Shown here: piece by piece, positions 1-8,977 of the stretch | Layout: every line of letters starts with the position of its first letter | Position numbering within the stretch: the stretch's first letter is position 1 | Source of the DNA: a virus | Lineage: Duplodnaviria; Caudoviricetes | Virus record (IMG/VR): IMGVR_UViG_3300010206_000038 | Location: 1-56,164 of that record | Length of the DNA: 56,164 nucleotides | Strand: one strand, 5' to 3' | The notes under the pieces: generated by a model | What the model was told of the DNA's origin: nothing | Seen by the model: the letters and a program-made list of their open reading frames with translations, nothing else | Databases searched by the model: none | Program-made: the position numbers and the translations under genes

Positions 1-369
1 TCATCTCGGTTTCCTTCCCGGCCAAATGTGCAACGCCCGGTCCGCGGCGCGCTTTTCGGCCTCGGTGGCGAATTCGCCCTTCAGCGCCTTGAGCGCCTTC
101 TTCAGGCCCGCGATCTCCGCTTCAAGCCCGGCCTTCTGGGCTTCCAGCGGCGCGGTCATCTGCCGCCAATAATTGCAATGCCGCCGCAGGACCATGAAGG
201 GGTCAAGGATCGCGCCGCAGTCCCTGCATTCGGCGATTGGCTCCTTTTCCCAGATCAGGACGCGGGCGTGCTGGCATCTGGCGCGCTTGTCGGACCAATC
301 CAAGGATTTGATCCCGGTGGACGGCGTGGCGTCGTGGATGCTGACGACGTTGTCGGGGGTGTCGGTCAT
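1..369 (-). CDS. Phage hypothetical protein with Zn-ribbon-like motif and coiled coil
   Basis: CQH...CRDC motif; ATG at 369 overlaps the upstream stop (ATGA). Confidence 0.7.
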   Translation of the reverse strand: MTDTPDNVVSIHDATPSTGIKSLDWSDKRARCQHARVLIWEKEPIAECRDCGAILDPFMVLRRHCNYWRQMTAPLEAQKAGLEAEIAGLKKALKALKGEFATEAEKRAADRALHIWPGRKPR

Positions 370-515
370 CGCGCACCCCACTTGAATTCGCCGGTCGCCG
401 CGTCGTAATGGGCGACATTGGCGCGGATGGCGTCACGGCGCATGGCCCAGTTCTCGGCATTACAGCCAAGTACAAAGGCGATGCAGATCAGGATGGCAGC
501 CCAGAAACCGTCCAT
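366..515 (-). CDS. Small membrane protein, 49 aa (MDGFWAAILICIAFVLGC...)
   Basis: Translated by hand; coupled to both neighbours by start/stop overlaps; N-terminal hydrophobic helix. Confidence 0.6.
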   Translation of the reverse strand: MDGFWAAILICIAFVLGCNAENWAMRRDAIRANVAHYDAATGEFKWGAR

Positions 516-835
516 CATTCGCCCCTTTCACGCGGGGCGGCGGGGAGCGAACGCCAGTGGGTGACATCGCGCAGTCTGAGCGGACCCGAATACCATCCAT
601 TCCCGAGCCAGCGCGCGATGATCGGGTAGTCTGCGGCAAACAGCAGCAAGAACGACCCATCCCTGGGTGCCGCCTCGATCAACTGCCACCCCTTTAGGTC
701 AACGCCCTGCCGCTCCAGTTCGGCCAGGACGGCGGTGACGGCAGATTCGGCCTCCATGCTCCAGTCTTCCGGGGACAATCCGCATTTGTTGGCGATCCGT
801 TGCTTCACCGCCCCGATCAGTTTTCCCCGGTTCAT
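515..835 (-). CDS. Phage protein with DUF551-like C-terminus
   Basis: WQLIEAAPRDG...VTHWRSLPAAP motif; ATGA overlap at 832-835. Confidence 0.7.
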   Translation of the reverse strand: MNRGKLIGAVKQRIANKCGLSPEDWSMEAESAVTAVLAELERQGVDLKGWQLIEAAPRDGSFLLLFAADYPIIARWLGNGWYSGPLRLRDVTHWRSLPAAPRERGE

Positions 836-1551
836 GCCACCACCTCGATCTGGTCGATGTTGGCCAACACCGGGCGGAAGGTGATGGCGGACACCCACGG
901 GTTGGCGGTCCAGGAATCGGGGCCATAGATGCCGGTCCAGAGCAAAGCAAAGGCAGCCCTTGCGGTCGTTCCGGCCTGTCCTTCGACACCGCTCCACATA
1001 CCGCCAGGAGCAGGGTAGATGCCCTCCGCGACCGCATCCGCCTCGCTGATGTCATGGAGGCGCTCGACCCGCACCGCCTCGACCAGGAGGGTGATCCTGC
1101 TCGCCCAGCGGGGCATGTGGATCGAGGGGCGGTCCTTTATGCCGCAACGCTCCTGCGTCGCCGCATATCTGATGCCGCACCAGCCTGGCTTGCCGCCGGG
1201 GTTGATGTCGCGCGGGCGCACGCTGTCATAGATGTTCCCAACGGCCCACGTCTCCCGCACCCACAGCCGGTCGCCGGGGACAAAGGGCACTCTGAACTCT
1301 GGCAAGCACGCCCGATCATCGACCTGCCACCAGAGCCAGCGGTCGGTCATGCCGCGCGGGTTGCTTGGCGTGGGCCGCTCCCCGCAATATGAATCGAGGT
1401 AAGGGCGATCATGGCGCGGCTTGTTATTGGGGTGGCAGTTCGGGTCCGGCATCGGCGGAACGCTCTTGAGAGCGACCCGCTTCTGGGTCTTCCTGCCGTC
1501 CAGCAGGGCGCGGACCTCGAAGTCGCGCAGATTGATCGGGCGGTCAGTCAT
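832..1551 (-). CDS. Phage ASCH/PUA-like protein
   Basis: RPI...VRALLDGRKTQ.R, GDRLWVRETW, PSIHMPRWASRITL and W.ANPWV motifs of a common phage family. Confidence 0.75.
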   Translation of the reverse strand: MTDRPINLRDFEVRALLDGRKTQKRVALKSVPPMPDPNCHPNNKPRHDRPYLDSYCGERPTPSNPRGMTDRWLWWQVDDRACLPEFRVPFVPGDRLWVRETWAVGNIYDSVRPRDINPGGKPGWCGIRYAATQERCGIKDRPSIHMPRWASRITLLVEAVRVERLHDISEADAVAEGIYPAPGGMWSGVEGQAGTTARAAFALLWTGIYGPDSWTANPWVSAITFRPVLANIDQIEVVA

Positions 1552-1687
1552 GTCCCACCCCCGGCATTCCGGATAGCCACCAAGAGACGATGCCGGATAC
1601 GGCGGCAATGACGTGGATGACAAAACCAAGGCGGAACGCCCATTCTAGTGCTCGCCACCGGCGAAAGTCGTCACGGAGGTCAGTCAT
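1544..1687 (-). CDS. Small membrane protein, 47 aa
   Basis: Translated by hand (MTDLRDDFRRW...); overlaps neighbours; one hydrophobic segment. Confidence 0.5.
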   Translation of the reverse strand: MTDLRDDFRRWRALEWAFRLGFVIHVIAAVSGIVSWWLSGMPGVGHD

Positions 1688-2790
1688 GGCGTCACCCCCG
1701 GCATCCCGTTGTGCTCGACCCCGTCGAGCAGCCGACCGGCGGCGGATTTGCCGACGCGGTACATCACCTGATTTCCAGGGGATAGCACCGCTGACCGGCC
1801 GTCGCGGGCCGGGAAATCGCGAGGGTGGTCAAGCCGCTCTCCGGGCGTCCACTCCCCCCACTGCTTAAACAGGAACGGCACCCCCGCCGCCGCGCACTGG
1901 TCCCGCAGTGACCGCGCCCAATCCGGATGCATCGGCCGGGCGTGCGGACCGCTCTCGCCGCCGACGATGACCCAGTCGAGGCCGCGTCCTGACTGCGAGG
2001 GGAAGACCCGGTTTGGCTTCCGGCCGCGCCCGTTGAAGGCGTGGCTCCCGCACCATCCGCCGACCTTGCCGCAATCGGGGCAAGTCCCACGGTGGCGGCC
2101 GGAAAAATAGCCGCCGCAGTACGAGCATTGCCACGCGATGCTCAGCCACCGCTCCAAATCCACCGCCCCCAGCAGCGGCTCGGCGCTCACGAACCGTACC
2201 GCCGCCGGGGTGGCAAGCAAATGCGGGATACGGGCGTCGGCGCTGGCCTGATCCTCAATGCTGACGCCCAGCCAGACGTTGGGGAGCGGGCGCTCGGCAA
2301 GTCCGCCGCTGCCGCGATAGCCGCGCACGGAGTAGCCGATATCCATTGCTGCCTCGGTGATGCGATCCCAGAGGGTTCCGCCGCTCGGCTTGATCCCCTC
2401 GACATACGCCCGCATCCGCTCCGGCCGCTTGGTCAGGACCTGATAGGTGTGCTGGGGCGTAAGCGCCATGACAGCCCACACCCGGTCGATATAGTCGTCC
2501 GGGATCGCGGCGTGAAAGAGGTCGGTGCGGTCGCCGACAAAGATGCGGCGGCCCTTGCGCCAGCGGAGCGGCTGGTCAAGCTGGTCGGGGTGCAAGCGCA
2601 CCTCGCCGGTCCAGACGTGGCGACCGTCCTCGGCCTGCCGGGTCAAGCCCTGGCAGCGCGGGTGGTGTTTGAGTCGCGTCCCGGCGAGGCGGGCGGAATA
2701 GCACCCACGGCAGGCGGCAGAGACCGGAGAGCAGCCGGACGCGATCTGCCAAGTGGCGTCGGTCCATTCGATGGCGGATTTATCGGACAT
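1684..2790 (-). CDS. Gp37Gp68 / DUF5131 family protein (radical-SAM-like)
   Basis: IEWTDATW, GCSPVSAACRGCY, LTKRPER, SAEPLLG, DWVIVGGESG and FLFKQWG motifs. Confidence 0.9.
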   Translation of the reverse strand: MSDKSAIEWTDATWQIASGCSPVSAACRGCYSARLAGTRLKHHPRCQGLTRQAEDGRHVWTGEVRLHPDQLDQPLRWRKGRRIFVGDRTDLFHAAIPDDYIDRVWAVMALTPQHTYQVLTKRPERMRAYVEGIKPSGGTLWDRITEAAMDIGYSVRGYRGSGGLAERPLPNVWLGVSIEDQASADARIPHLLATPAAVRFVSAEPLLGAVDLERWLSIAWQCSYCGGYFSGRHRGTCPDCGKVGGWCGSHAFNGRGRKPNRVFPSQSGRGLDWVIVGGESGPHARPMHPDWARSLRDQCAAAGVPFLFKQWGEWTPGERLDHPRDFPARDGRSAVLSPGNQVMYRVGKSAAGRLLDGVEHNGMPGVTP

Positions 2791-3589
2791 TGGGGGCCTC
2801 CAATCGACGGATGTCCTGCTCGGCGATCTCGCAGAAAAAGCTGCACGAAATGTCGGGCTCATCTTCGTATCGGCCTTTGTCGGGTGGCAAATCCTTGAGG
2901 CCGTACCGTTCGCCGGTGGCGCGATCGCGGAAGGTGTAAGTCCCTGGGCCTATCGATTCCTGAATCTCCATTATGGTCTTAAAGCGCTCGGGCCAGACGC
3001 GGCGGACCTTGTTCCAATAGCCCTCACCGCCCTTGCAGCAGCCCATGCAATTGGCGTTGTGAAAGCCAAGCCGATACGGGGCCGGAAGCTCAATCCCGGC
3101 CCGCTCGACCATAGCGAGGCAATCGGCCTTGCCCAGTCCGGCGTCGATCAGCGGGGCGCTGACGTGCAAGTCGGGCCAGCGCTCGCAGAAATCGTCATAG
3201 CGGTCTTGCTCTTCGGCGGTATAGCCGAGAACCATGACGTCGTCCGGGCGCTTAATAGCGTCCAAAATTTTACGCTTGAGTGCGCGGCTGCATTCCGCTC
3301 CGTGTCGGCTCGCAAAAAATTGGTTTCGCCGCCAAACCTCGTCGGTCGAGGCCCCGTATTTCTGATCTGCCAGGACGGTAATCGACCGCCCAAACCACCT
3401 TTCGCAGTCGGCCAGGAAACGGCGGTTGTCGGGATGCTCTTCGCGGATAAACGCGTTGATGATGAGCACCTCATTCCTCCCCCAATGAGCCGCGATGGCG
3501 AGCTTTGTTGCCACGGCCGAGGCGGCACCGCACGAAAACTGGCAGACGACGCGCTGCTGCGGACCGAGGCGGATGATGTCAGCCGACAT
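2780..3589 (-). CDS. Phage PAPS-reductase-like (PP-loop) protein
   Basis: FSCGAASAVA PP-loop-like start; GF.NANC.GCCKGG.GYW Cys cluster; C-terminal CSFFC. Confidence 0.75.
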   Translation of the reverse strand: MSADIIRLGPQQRVVCQFSCGAASAVATKLAIAAHWGRNEVLIINAFIREEHPDNRRFLADCERWFGRSITVLADQKYGASTDEVWRRNQFFASRHGAECSRALKRKILDAIKRPDDVMVLGYTAEEQDRYDDFCERWPDLHVSAPLIDAGLGKADCLAMVERAGIELPAPYRLGFHNANCMGCCKGGEGYWNKVRRVWPERFKTIMEIQESIGPGTYTFRDRATGERYGLKDLPPDKGRYEDEPDISCSFFCEIAEQDIRRLEAPNVR

Positions 3590-3938
3590 GGCGCACCTCC
3601 TCGGCTTGAGGTATCGGCAGGTATTTCGCCGCGCGCAGGGCATCCCGCGTCGCCTTGTTATTGATGAGCACGGGTCCGGTATCGCCGTCGATTACTCCCG
3701 GCTTGGGCTTGGGGATAGCCAACGCCTCGACCACATCGCAAGGGACCGGGAAGCGGACGTACCGCTTGCTGCCGTCTTTGTGGGCGTAGTAGCTGGGGGC
3801 CGCGTCCACAGTGTCCTTGGAATAGCGACCAGCCCAGGGGATCGGGTAGGCATAGCCTGCATTGTCAGGACGCCAGAGCGTGATGTAGGGGTTCCCCCGG
3901 AATTGTGGGCGTAAATCAACGATGTAGAAATCACCCAT
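3579..3938 (-). CDS. Phage hypothetical protein
   Basis: ORF overlapping both neighbours; ITLWRPDNAGY motif. Confidence 0.7.
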   Translation of the reverse strand: MGDFYIVDLRPQFRGNPYITLWRPDNAGYAYPIPWAGRYSKDTVDAAPSYYAHKDGSKRYVRFPVPCDVVEALAIPKPKPGVIDGDTGPVLINNKATRDALRAAKYLPIPQAEEVRHVG

Positions 3939-4749
3939 GGCGCGCCTCCCCGGTCAGGGCGTCGAGGGCGGCTCTTGCCTCTGCCCACGCCGGGCAAACG
4001 GGGCACTCCGCATCGTAGTGGTCGGGCTCGTGGTCCTCATCCGCTCCCGCCGCAAGCAAATTACGCAACGCCTCCACCACCCGCAGCATCGCCGCCGCGC
4101 GGGCGGGGATGTCGGTGAGGGCTGCCCTCAATCTCGGCGCTCTGCTGTCCAAACGTTTCCCGAGGAGGATATTCCACGACGGGACGCCGCCTTCCTCGAA
4201 AAGGAGCGCGTCCACTTCCTGCGCCGCTTCCGTCACCACCGCCAGCCGGGCGGCGAGGTCGTTGCGGTCGGATTCGGCGGCATTGGCCTCCTTGACCATC
4301 TCGGCCATGCGATCGCGTAACCCTCGGGCCATCGACGCGTCGTATTGCAGGCTCGATTGCTCACGAAGCAGGTCGGTGTTTTCGGCTTTCAGCCGCTCGA
4401 CCTCGGCCCGCGCCTCGTCGCGCTCGGACTTGCTCTCACTGATCAACCGGCTTTGCACCTGCCAAATCTCAGCCTGTCGCGCAAGCTCGTGCTCAAGCAA
4501 TCTGATATCGCCCCGCAGCACCTCCGGATCGCACCCGGCATCGCGGTCAGACTTGATAACGGCGTCGATGATGTACAGCGCATATATCTTGTTGGCCAAG
4601 CCTGCCCTGACTAACGCCTCGGCGAGACGAATCACCCGCTGCTCGGCGGTTTCTGGCCGTTCGGCCTGGGGCAACCTGCAAGGATCTTCTGCAGGTTCGA
4701 TCCACGGCGCGTCGGGTGTTTCGGTGGGGGTGGTGTCGGTCATGGTCAT
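3931..4749 (-). CDS. Coiled-coil phage protein (Ead/Ea22-like region)
   Basis: ERDEARAEVERLKAE heptads; position in the early operon. Confidence 0.65.
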   Translation of the reverse strand: MTMTDTTPTETPDAPWIEPAEDPCRLPQAERPETAEQRVIRLAEALVRAGLANKIYALYIIDAVIKSDRDAGCDPEVLRGDIRLLEHELARQAEIWQVQSRLISESKSERDEARAEVERLKAENTDLLREQSSLQYDASMARGLRDRMAEMVKEANAAESDRNDLAARLAVVTEAAQEVDALLFEEGGVPSWNILLGKRLDSRAPRLRAALTDIPARAAAMLRVVEALRNLLAAGADEDHEPDHYDAECPVCPAWAEARAALDALTGEARHG

Positions 4750-5324
4750 GCCTCCCGCCGCAGTTCGAAGAACACCTCAGCGCACGCCCTGACATCGACC
4801 AGAGCGTCATGCGCGCCGACCAGATCGAGCCCGAAGAAGTGGCGATAAGCCTCCTCCAGACGGGGGGCTTTCGGCTTATTGAATCCAGCGGCGATCATCC
4901 GGTCGGTCGGCGGCAGATTCATAATCGGGGCCGACGCTTCCATGGTGCAGAAGCGTTCCTCGGGAAGCGCCGCCTCCAGTTCCTGCCGCTCGAACAGCGT
5001 TGCCATCAAGAACAGGTCGAACTCGATGTTATGGGCCACCAGCAGGTTGGCCTTCGCAGCAAGCCCCCTGAACGCGACGGCGGCCAGCTTGGGGTGAATG
5101 CCGAACCGCGTGGCAACGTCGTCGGTGATCCCGTGCACCCGGGCCGCGCCCTCGGGGATCGGCACGCCCGGGTTGACGATCAGACTCAGGCTTGCCCGCT
5201 CGGTTCCGTCGTCATCGGTCAGGAGCGCCGCCAACTGGACGACGTGGGGCTGGTGCTTTGCTCCGATGTCCGCGCGCTTATCGGGGAGGCCGGTGGTTTC
5301 GGTGTCGAAGAAGATGATGGACAT
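4746..5324 (-). CDS. DEDDh 3'-5' exonuclease (DnaQ-like)
   Basis: FFDTETTG, VAHNIEFD and AHDALVD Exo I-III motifs. Confidence 0.92.
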   Translation of the reverse strand: MSIIFFDTETTGLPDKRADIGAKHQPHVVQLAALLTDDDGTERASLSLIVNPGVPIPEGAARVHGITDDVATRFGIHPKLAAVAFRGLAAKANLLVAHNIEFDLFLMATLFERQELEAALPEERFCTMEASAPIMNLPPTDRMIAAGFNKPKAPRLEEAYRHFFGLDLVGAHDALVDVRACAEVFFELRREA

Positions 5325-5326
5325 GG

Positions 5327-5572
5327 CTATTTCGAGCCTCCGGCATTGATGACAAAGGCGGGATAGGGATGCCCACCGAGGCCGCAGTAGCCGCGATCGA
5401 TGCGGACGCTATATGTCCCATCCTGGCGCGAACGGTGTTCAGGGCTTCCGTCCGGCTTGGCCCAGATCGTGTCCGCCCACCGCCACGCCATGCACTGGGA
5501 GGCGATGCACGGGCCGGGCGGCTGAATAACGGGACACGTCGTGTTGCGGGCCTTGTCTTCGGTGAGCAACAT
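5327..5572 (-). CDS. Small Cys-containing phage protein
   Basis: CP...CIASQCMAWRW...GYCGL; start abuts the upstream stop. Confidence 0.65.
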   Translation of the reverse strand: MLLTEDKARNTTCPVIQPPGPCIASQCMAWRWADTIWAKPDGSPEHRSRQDGTYSVRIDRGYCGLGGHPYPAFVINAGGSK

Positions 5573-6345
5573 CACGCGCCCTCCCCGCCCAGGAGTTCGC
5601 CGCGCACCCGGGCGAGCGCCGATTCGTGCGCTTCGGCCCCGATCTGGCGGCACACTTCGACGTCGAGCATTTCCCACACCACCTCAAGCTCGGCTTCGGT
5701 GGTCGCGGCCTGCATCTGGGCCAGACCGACAGCGGCTTCGGGGGAGAGGGTGGTGGCTGGCGGCAGGCCAAAGGGGTCTTCGTCGCGGGCCTGCTGTTTG
5801 GCAGCTTCGGCGCGGATCGCTTCAGCCCTCGCTTTGGCGGCGGCAAGAGCAGCGGTGTTTCCCCGCATCTCCGGTCGCAGGCGCTCCAGATCTTCGACCG
5901 TCTGCGCGCCCGCAATCCGCTGGAGTAAATCGGTTTCAACCGGCGCGACCTGCTGGAGCGGATTGACCGTGAACGGCTTGCGGCTGCCCTTCGTCTCAGT
6001 CAGCGCCATCACCAACTGCCGAGAAATGTGGCTCAGGTGCGAAATCCTGATCCCGCCAACAGCCATTCCGCCCCACTTCACGGCGGGGTCGCGGAAAAGA
6101 GTGATCGAGCGTCCGGCGTAATTCGCCCCGTCCGCGCCCCAGGCATTCACCAAGACGCGGCACATAGACTTGCACGGCTTCCAGGGCTTGCCGTTGTCGC
6201 CCTCGAAGTGGATGGCAACCGGCTGTTCAGTTCCGGCCTGCACGGTCACTTTCGACACGGTGATGGTTCGCGGTCCAGCGATCAGGTCGTCGGCGTTCAA
6301 CTGGTCGCTCTTCGGGACGATTGCCCGGCTCAGGTCGGCGCTCAT
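5572..6345 (-). CDS. Conserved phage protein partnered with YqaJ exonuclease (candidate annealing/ssDNA-binding protein)
   Basis: PKSDQLNADDL...KPWKPCKSM.RVL...W motif; directly downstream of the YqaJ gene. Confidence 0.7.
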   Translation of the reverse strand: MSADLSRAIVPKSDQLNADDLIAGPRTITVSKVTVQAGTEQPVAIHFEGDNGKPWKPCKSMCRVLVNAWGADGANYAGRSITLFRDPAVKWGGMAVGGIRISHLSHISRQLVMALTETKGSRKPFTVNPLQQVAPVETDLLQRIAGAQTVEDLERLRPEMRGNTAALAAAKARAEAIRAEAAKQQARDEDPFGLPPATTLSPEAAVGLAQMQAATTEAELEVVWEMLDVEVCRQIGAEAHESALARVRGELLGGEGA

Positions 6346-7052
6346 GCTGCAATCTCCAGTTCAGTGCGGCGCTCGGTCGGAACGAGGCGCGGGTTCGATC
6401 TGACGGCGTCGTGATAGGCCGCCAGCTTGAGGGCAAGACGCGATTCGAAAGCGGTCGCGGCCGCAAGAATGGCGTCCTGAATTTTCGGATCGGGGTGGAT
6501 GCGGATCGTCGCCATCGGCAGGCCGCCGCTATAGCTGATGAAATCGAGCCATTTCCGTTCGCTCACCAGCATCCCGGTCTGAACCTGGATCACGAAATCG
6601 GCGGGGATTGTTTTGCCCCGATCCACGCCGATATTCTCGACGATCGTCTCGACCTGGAATTTCTGGCGGCGGCTCTTGATCTCGATCAGGCCATCATTGC
6701 CAACAAGGCCGTCCGGGGAATATCCAAGCGTGAAGCCCCATCGGTCATTCGTGATGAGGCCGACTTCTTCGACCTCAACCCCGAATTTGTCGGCATAGGC
6801 GGCACGGGCATAGATCTCGTCGTCATGGCCGCGCATCATGTCATCGCCGATATAGCGCGGCTCGACGTACTTGGTGATGCGCTGGGCGAGCAGTTCATAC
6901 AGGTGGGCGCGTTCCTTCTCGTTCGATGCGACCTTCAGAGTCGGCGTGACGATCAGCTTCATTTCGCTGGCGGTGAGGATGCCGCACCGGGCCGCATGCC
7001 ACTCCTCGCTGCCCTGGTAAAGTTCGCGGTGATAGGTGACGTGGTCAGCCAT
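6342..7052 (-). CDS. YqaJ / lambda-exonuclease family protein
   Basis: QGSEEWHAARCGILTAS, GYSPDGLV, IEIKS and Q.Q motifs. Confidence 0.92.
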   Translation of the reverse strand: MADHVTYHRELYQGSEEWHAARCGILTASEMKLIVTPTLKVASNEKERAHLYELLAQRITKYVEPRYIGDDMMRGHDDEIYARAAYADKFGVEVEEVGLITNDRWGFTLGYSPDGLVGNDGLIEIKSRRQKFQVETIVENIGVDRGKTIPADFVIQVQTGMLVSERKWLDFISYSGGLPMATIRIHPDPKIQDAILAAATAFESRLALKLAAYHDAVRSNPRLVPTERRTELEIAA

Positions 7053-7164
7053 TACCCCGGCCCTCCGTCTCGACGAAGGCGCGGGCGGCGACGATGGCGT
7101 CGTCCAGTTCCCGATCCGGCCCCGTCGCCCGGCTGAGCCGGGCGGCAATGTCGATCTCGGTCAT
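7045..7164 (-). CDS. Small hypothetical protein, 39 aa
   Basis: Translated by hand (MTEIDIAARLSRATGPDRELD...); overlaps neighbours. Confidence 0.5.
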   Translation of the reverse strand: MTEIDIAARLSRATGPDRELDDAIVAARAFVETEGRGNG

Positions 7165-7234
7165 GGCATCGTCTCCAGCAACAGGGCGAACAGCACCACG
7201 AGCGCCCCGGCCTCGACGATCAGCAGGCGGTCGG

Positions 7235-7423
7235 CTAGGCGCATGGCGGCAAATCCTCGGGCTGGAAGCTGCTGACCGGGCGCCGCCGCAGCGGGACGAC
7301 GTTGGGCCACCACTGGCGGCAAACGCGCTCGGCCAGCGGGCGTAGGCTTTCGGGATATTCGTCTGGCCGACGCAGGATGTCGATCACCACAGCACGATGG
7401 GATTCGGTGGGAGCGGGCATCAT
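7235..7423 (-). CDS. Small hypothetical protein
   Basis: GGAGG RBS; overlaps the upstream stop. Confidence 0.5.
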   Translation of the reverse strand: MMPAPTESHRAVVIDILRRPDEYPESLRPLAERVCRQWWPNVVPLRRRPVSSFQPEDLPPCA

Positions 7424-7674
7424 TTGCCTCCATAAATTTCGATGGTGACGGGTCCGCCGCGACCGCCGGTCATCACGCCATCAAGGTCGCTTCGGTCGGC
7501 AATGGAGAGTCCGCGCCACTTGGCAATGAGCCACTGGCCGCGCTTAATTCCCCGTGGCGACCCACGCTGAGACGACCCGACGCTGTACCCGTTTTCCGAA
7601 AGCCACCGTTCGGCGGCTCGCATTGCGATGAAATCGTCATCGGAGGATGGGGGTTGGTTGAATGTGAGGATCAT
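7420..7674 (-). CDS. Phage hypothetical protein
   Basis: AERWL..NGYSVG..Q...PRG...IAKWR motif. Confidence 0.65.
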   Translation of the reverse strand: MILTFNQPPSSDDDFIAMRAAERWLSENGYSVGSSQRGSPRGIKRGQWLIAKWRGLSIADRSDLDGVMTGGRGGPVTIEIYGGK

Positions 7675-7679
7675 GTCGG

Positions 7680-8075
7680 CTACTCGGCTGCGACGGCGTC
7701 AAGCCAGTCACCGCGCCCAAAGGAAGCGGGTTCGCGCGCGGCAACTGGGGTGGTGGCGTCGTCGATCAGTTCGTTCTGGCGCTCCATCAGCCAGTCGGCG
7801 ATGGGCTGCCAGAGCGGCGACGAGGTCGGCAGGCGGCGGTATTCGCCTCGGGTCGCCTGCTTGGTGTCGGCGTGGCCGTAGACCTCGATCTCGGTAATCT
7901 CGATTTCGGCGGCGTCTCCGGGATACCAGCAGCCCGCAGCCGTGTTGAAACTGTCCGGGGTGGCCGGCGAATAGGTGAAGGTCGCAATTCCCTCAATCTC
8001 GGCGTCTTCGTGCAGGATCAGACCGGCATCGATGATCTTGTGGGGGAAAGTGAAGTTGTAGGTGCTGGTCAGCAT
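7680..8075 (-). CDS. Phage hypothetical protein
   Basis: GGAG RBS upstream of MLTSTYN. Confidence 0.65.
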   Translation of the reverse strand: MLTSTYNFTFPHKIIDAGLILHEDAEIEGIATFTYSPATPDSFNTAAGCWYPGDAAEIEITEIEVYGHADTKQATRGEYRRLPTSSPLWQPIADWLMERQNELIDDATTPVAAREPASFGRGDWLDAVAAE

Positions 8076-8076
8076 C

Positions 8077-8253
8077 TCAGTCTCCCCGCGACACAATAAA
8101 ATTAGTGGCCTCAAAAGCATCCATTTCGCCAAAATCATTACCCGTCGTCGGGTCAAAGATGGCGCGCTTGCCGGAGATTTTTCCGGGTCTGCTGGATAAT
8201 CCGAATGCAGCCAGATTATCGTGTAGAGTCTTATTGGGGTCGTACTTCTCCAC
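8077..8253 (-). CDS. Small hypothetical protein (AT-richer)
   Basis: AGGAGG RBS before GTG at 8253. Confidence 0.55.
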   Translation of the reverse strand: MEKYDPNKTLHDNLAAFGLSSRPGKISGKRAIFDPTTGNDFGEMDAFEATNFIVSRGD

Positions 8254-8349
8254 TTTTCCCTCCTTTCGGCCACGCCGGACCGATCTCGGATTGCTTGGCC
8301 GCTTTTGACGCGGCAGCGAGGAGGGGCTGCACTCGGGGAGGCGCATGGG

Positions 8350-8877
8350 TCAGCCCTCCTTCACGGCGGCGAGGGCGATGAGGGACATCCGCACATGGGC
8401 GGCCAGCCCACCCCAGTTCCCCTGACGGCTCGGGTTGGCGGCCATCTCGTTAAGCAGATCATTCGCGCTATCGACAATGCTGCTCAGCGCCTCGACCAGC
8501 TTGGCGTTCTGGTCGCGGAGACGGTCGCCCTCACGTCGAGAGTCCGTGAGGGCAGACTCGGCCTCCAGATACAGGGCGCGGATGCGGGCGTTCTCGGCGG
8601 CCAGATCGGGCGCGGTGGACGCGGTGGACGCGGTGGACGCGGTAGCGCACATGGAGGCGAGCGTTACGTCACCCCCAATCACGAAGGTGACGAGTTGCTG
8701 AGATGCCTCGCCTGAGGCGTTGATGATGACGATATCGCCGACCCGCAGCATCGGCGCGGCGGCGTTGAAATAGCCGGTCGCGTCGACGATGGCGGCGGCG
8801 TCGGGAGTGGTGTAGTGCCACAGCGTGAAGCCGTTGGCATAGGCCAGGACCGACAGGTCCTTCGACAGATAAGCCAT
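8350..8877 (-). CDS. Two-domain protein: alphaproteobacterial LSVLAYANGFTLWHY-type domain plus phage coiled coil
   Basis: N-terminal motif recalled from Rhodospirillales hypothetical proteins; TAS-repeat linker; GGGAGG RBS. Confidence 0.7.
   Translation of the reverse strand: MAYLSKDLSVLAYANGFTLWHYTTPDAAAIVDATGYFNAAAPMLRVGDIVIINASGEASQQLVTFVIGGDVTLASMCATASTASTASTAPDLAAENARIRALYLEAESALTDSRREGDRLRDQNAKLVEALSSIVDSANDLLNEMAANPSRQGNWGGLAAHVRMSLIALAAVKEG
8611..8643. repeat. 9-bp tandem repeat, (CGCGGTGGA)x3 plus a partial copy
   Basis: Seen directly; encodes the TASTASTASTA linker. Confidence 0.9.
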
Positions 8878-8977
8878 CTTTCCCTCCCATCGGGGTGTTG
8901 GTTTGGTTGCTCAGTAGCTGCCGGTGCGGGACAGGCGGCTGATGTCGGACTTGATGGCCTGACGAAGACGGGTGGAC

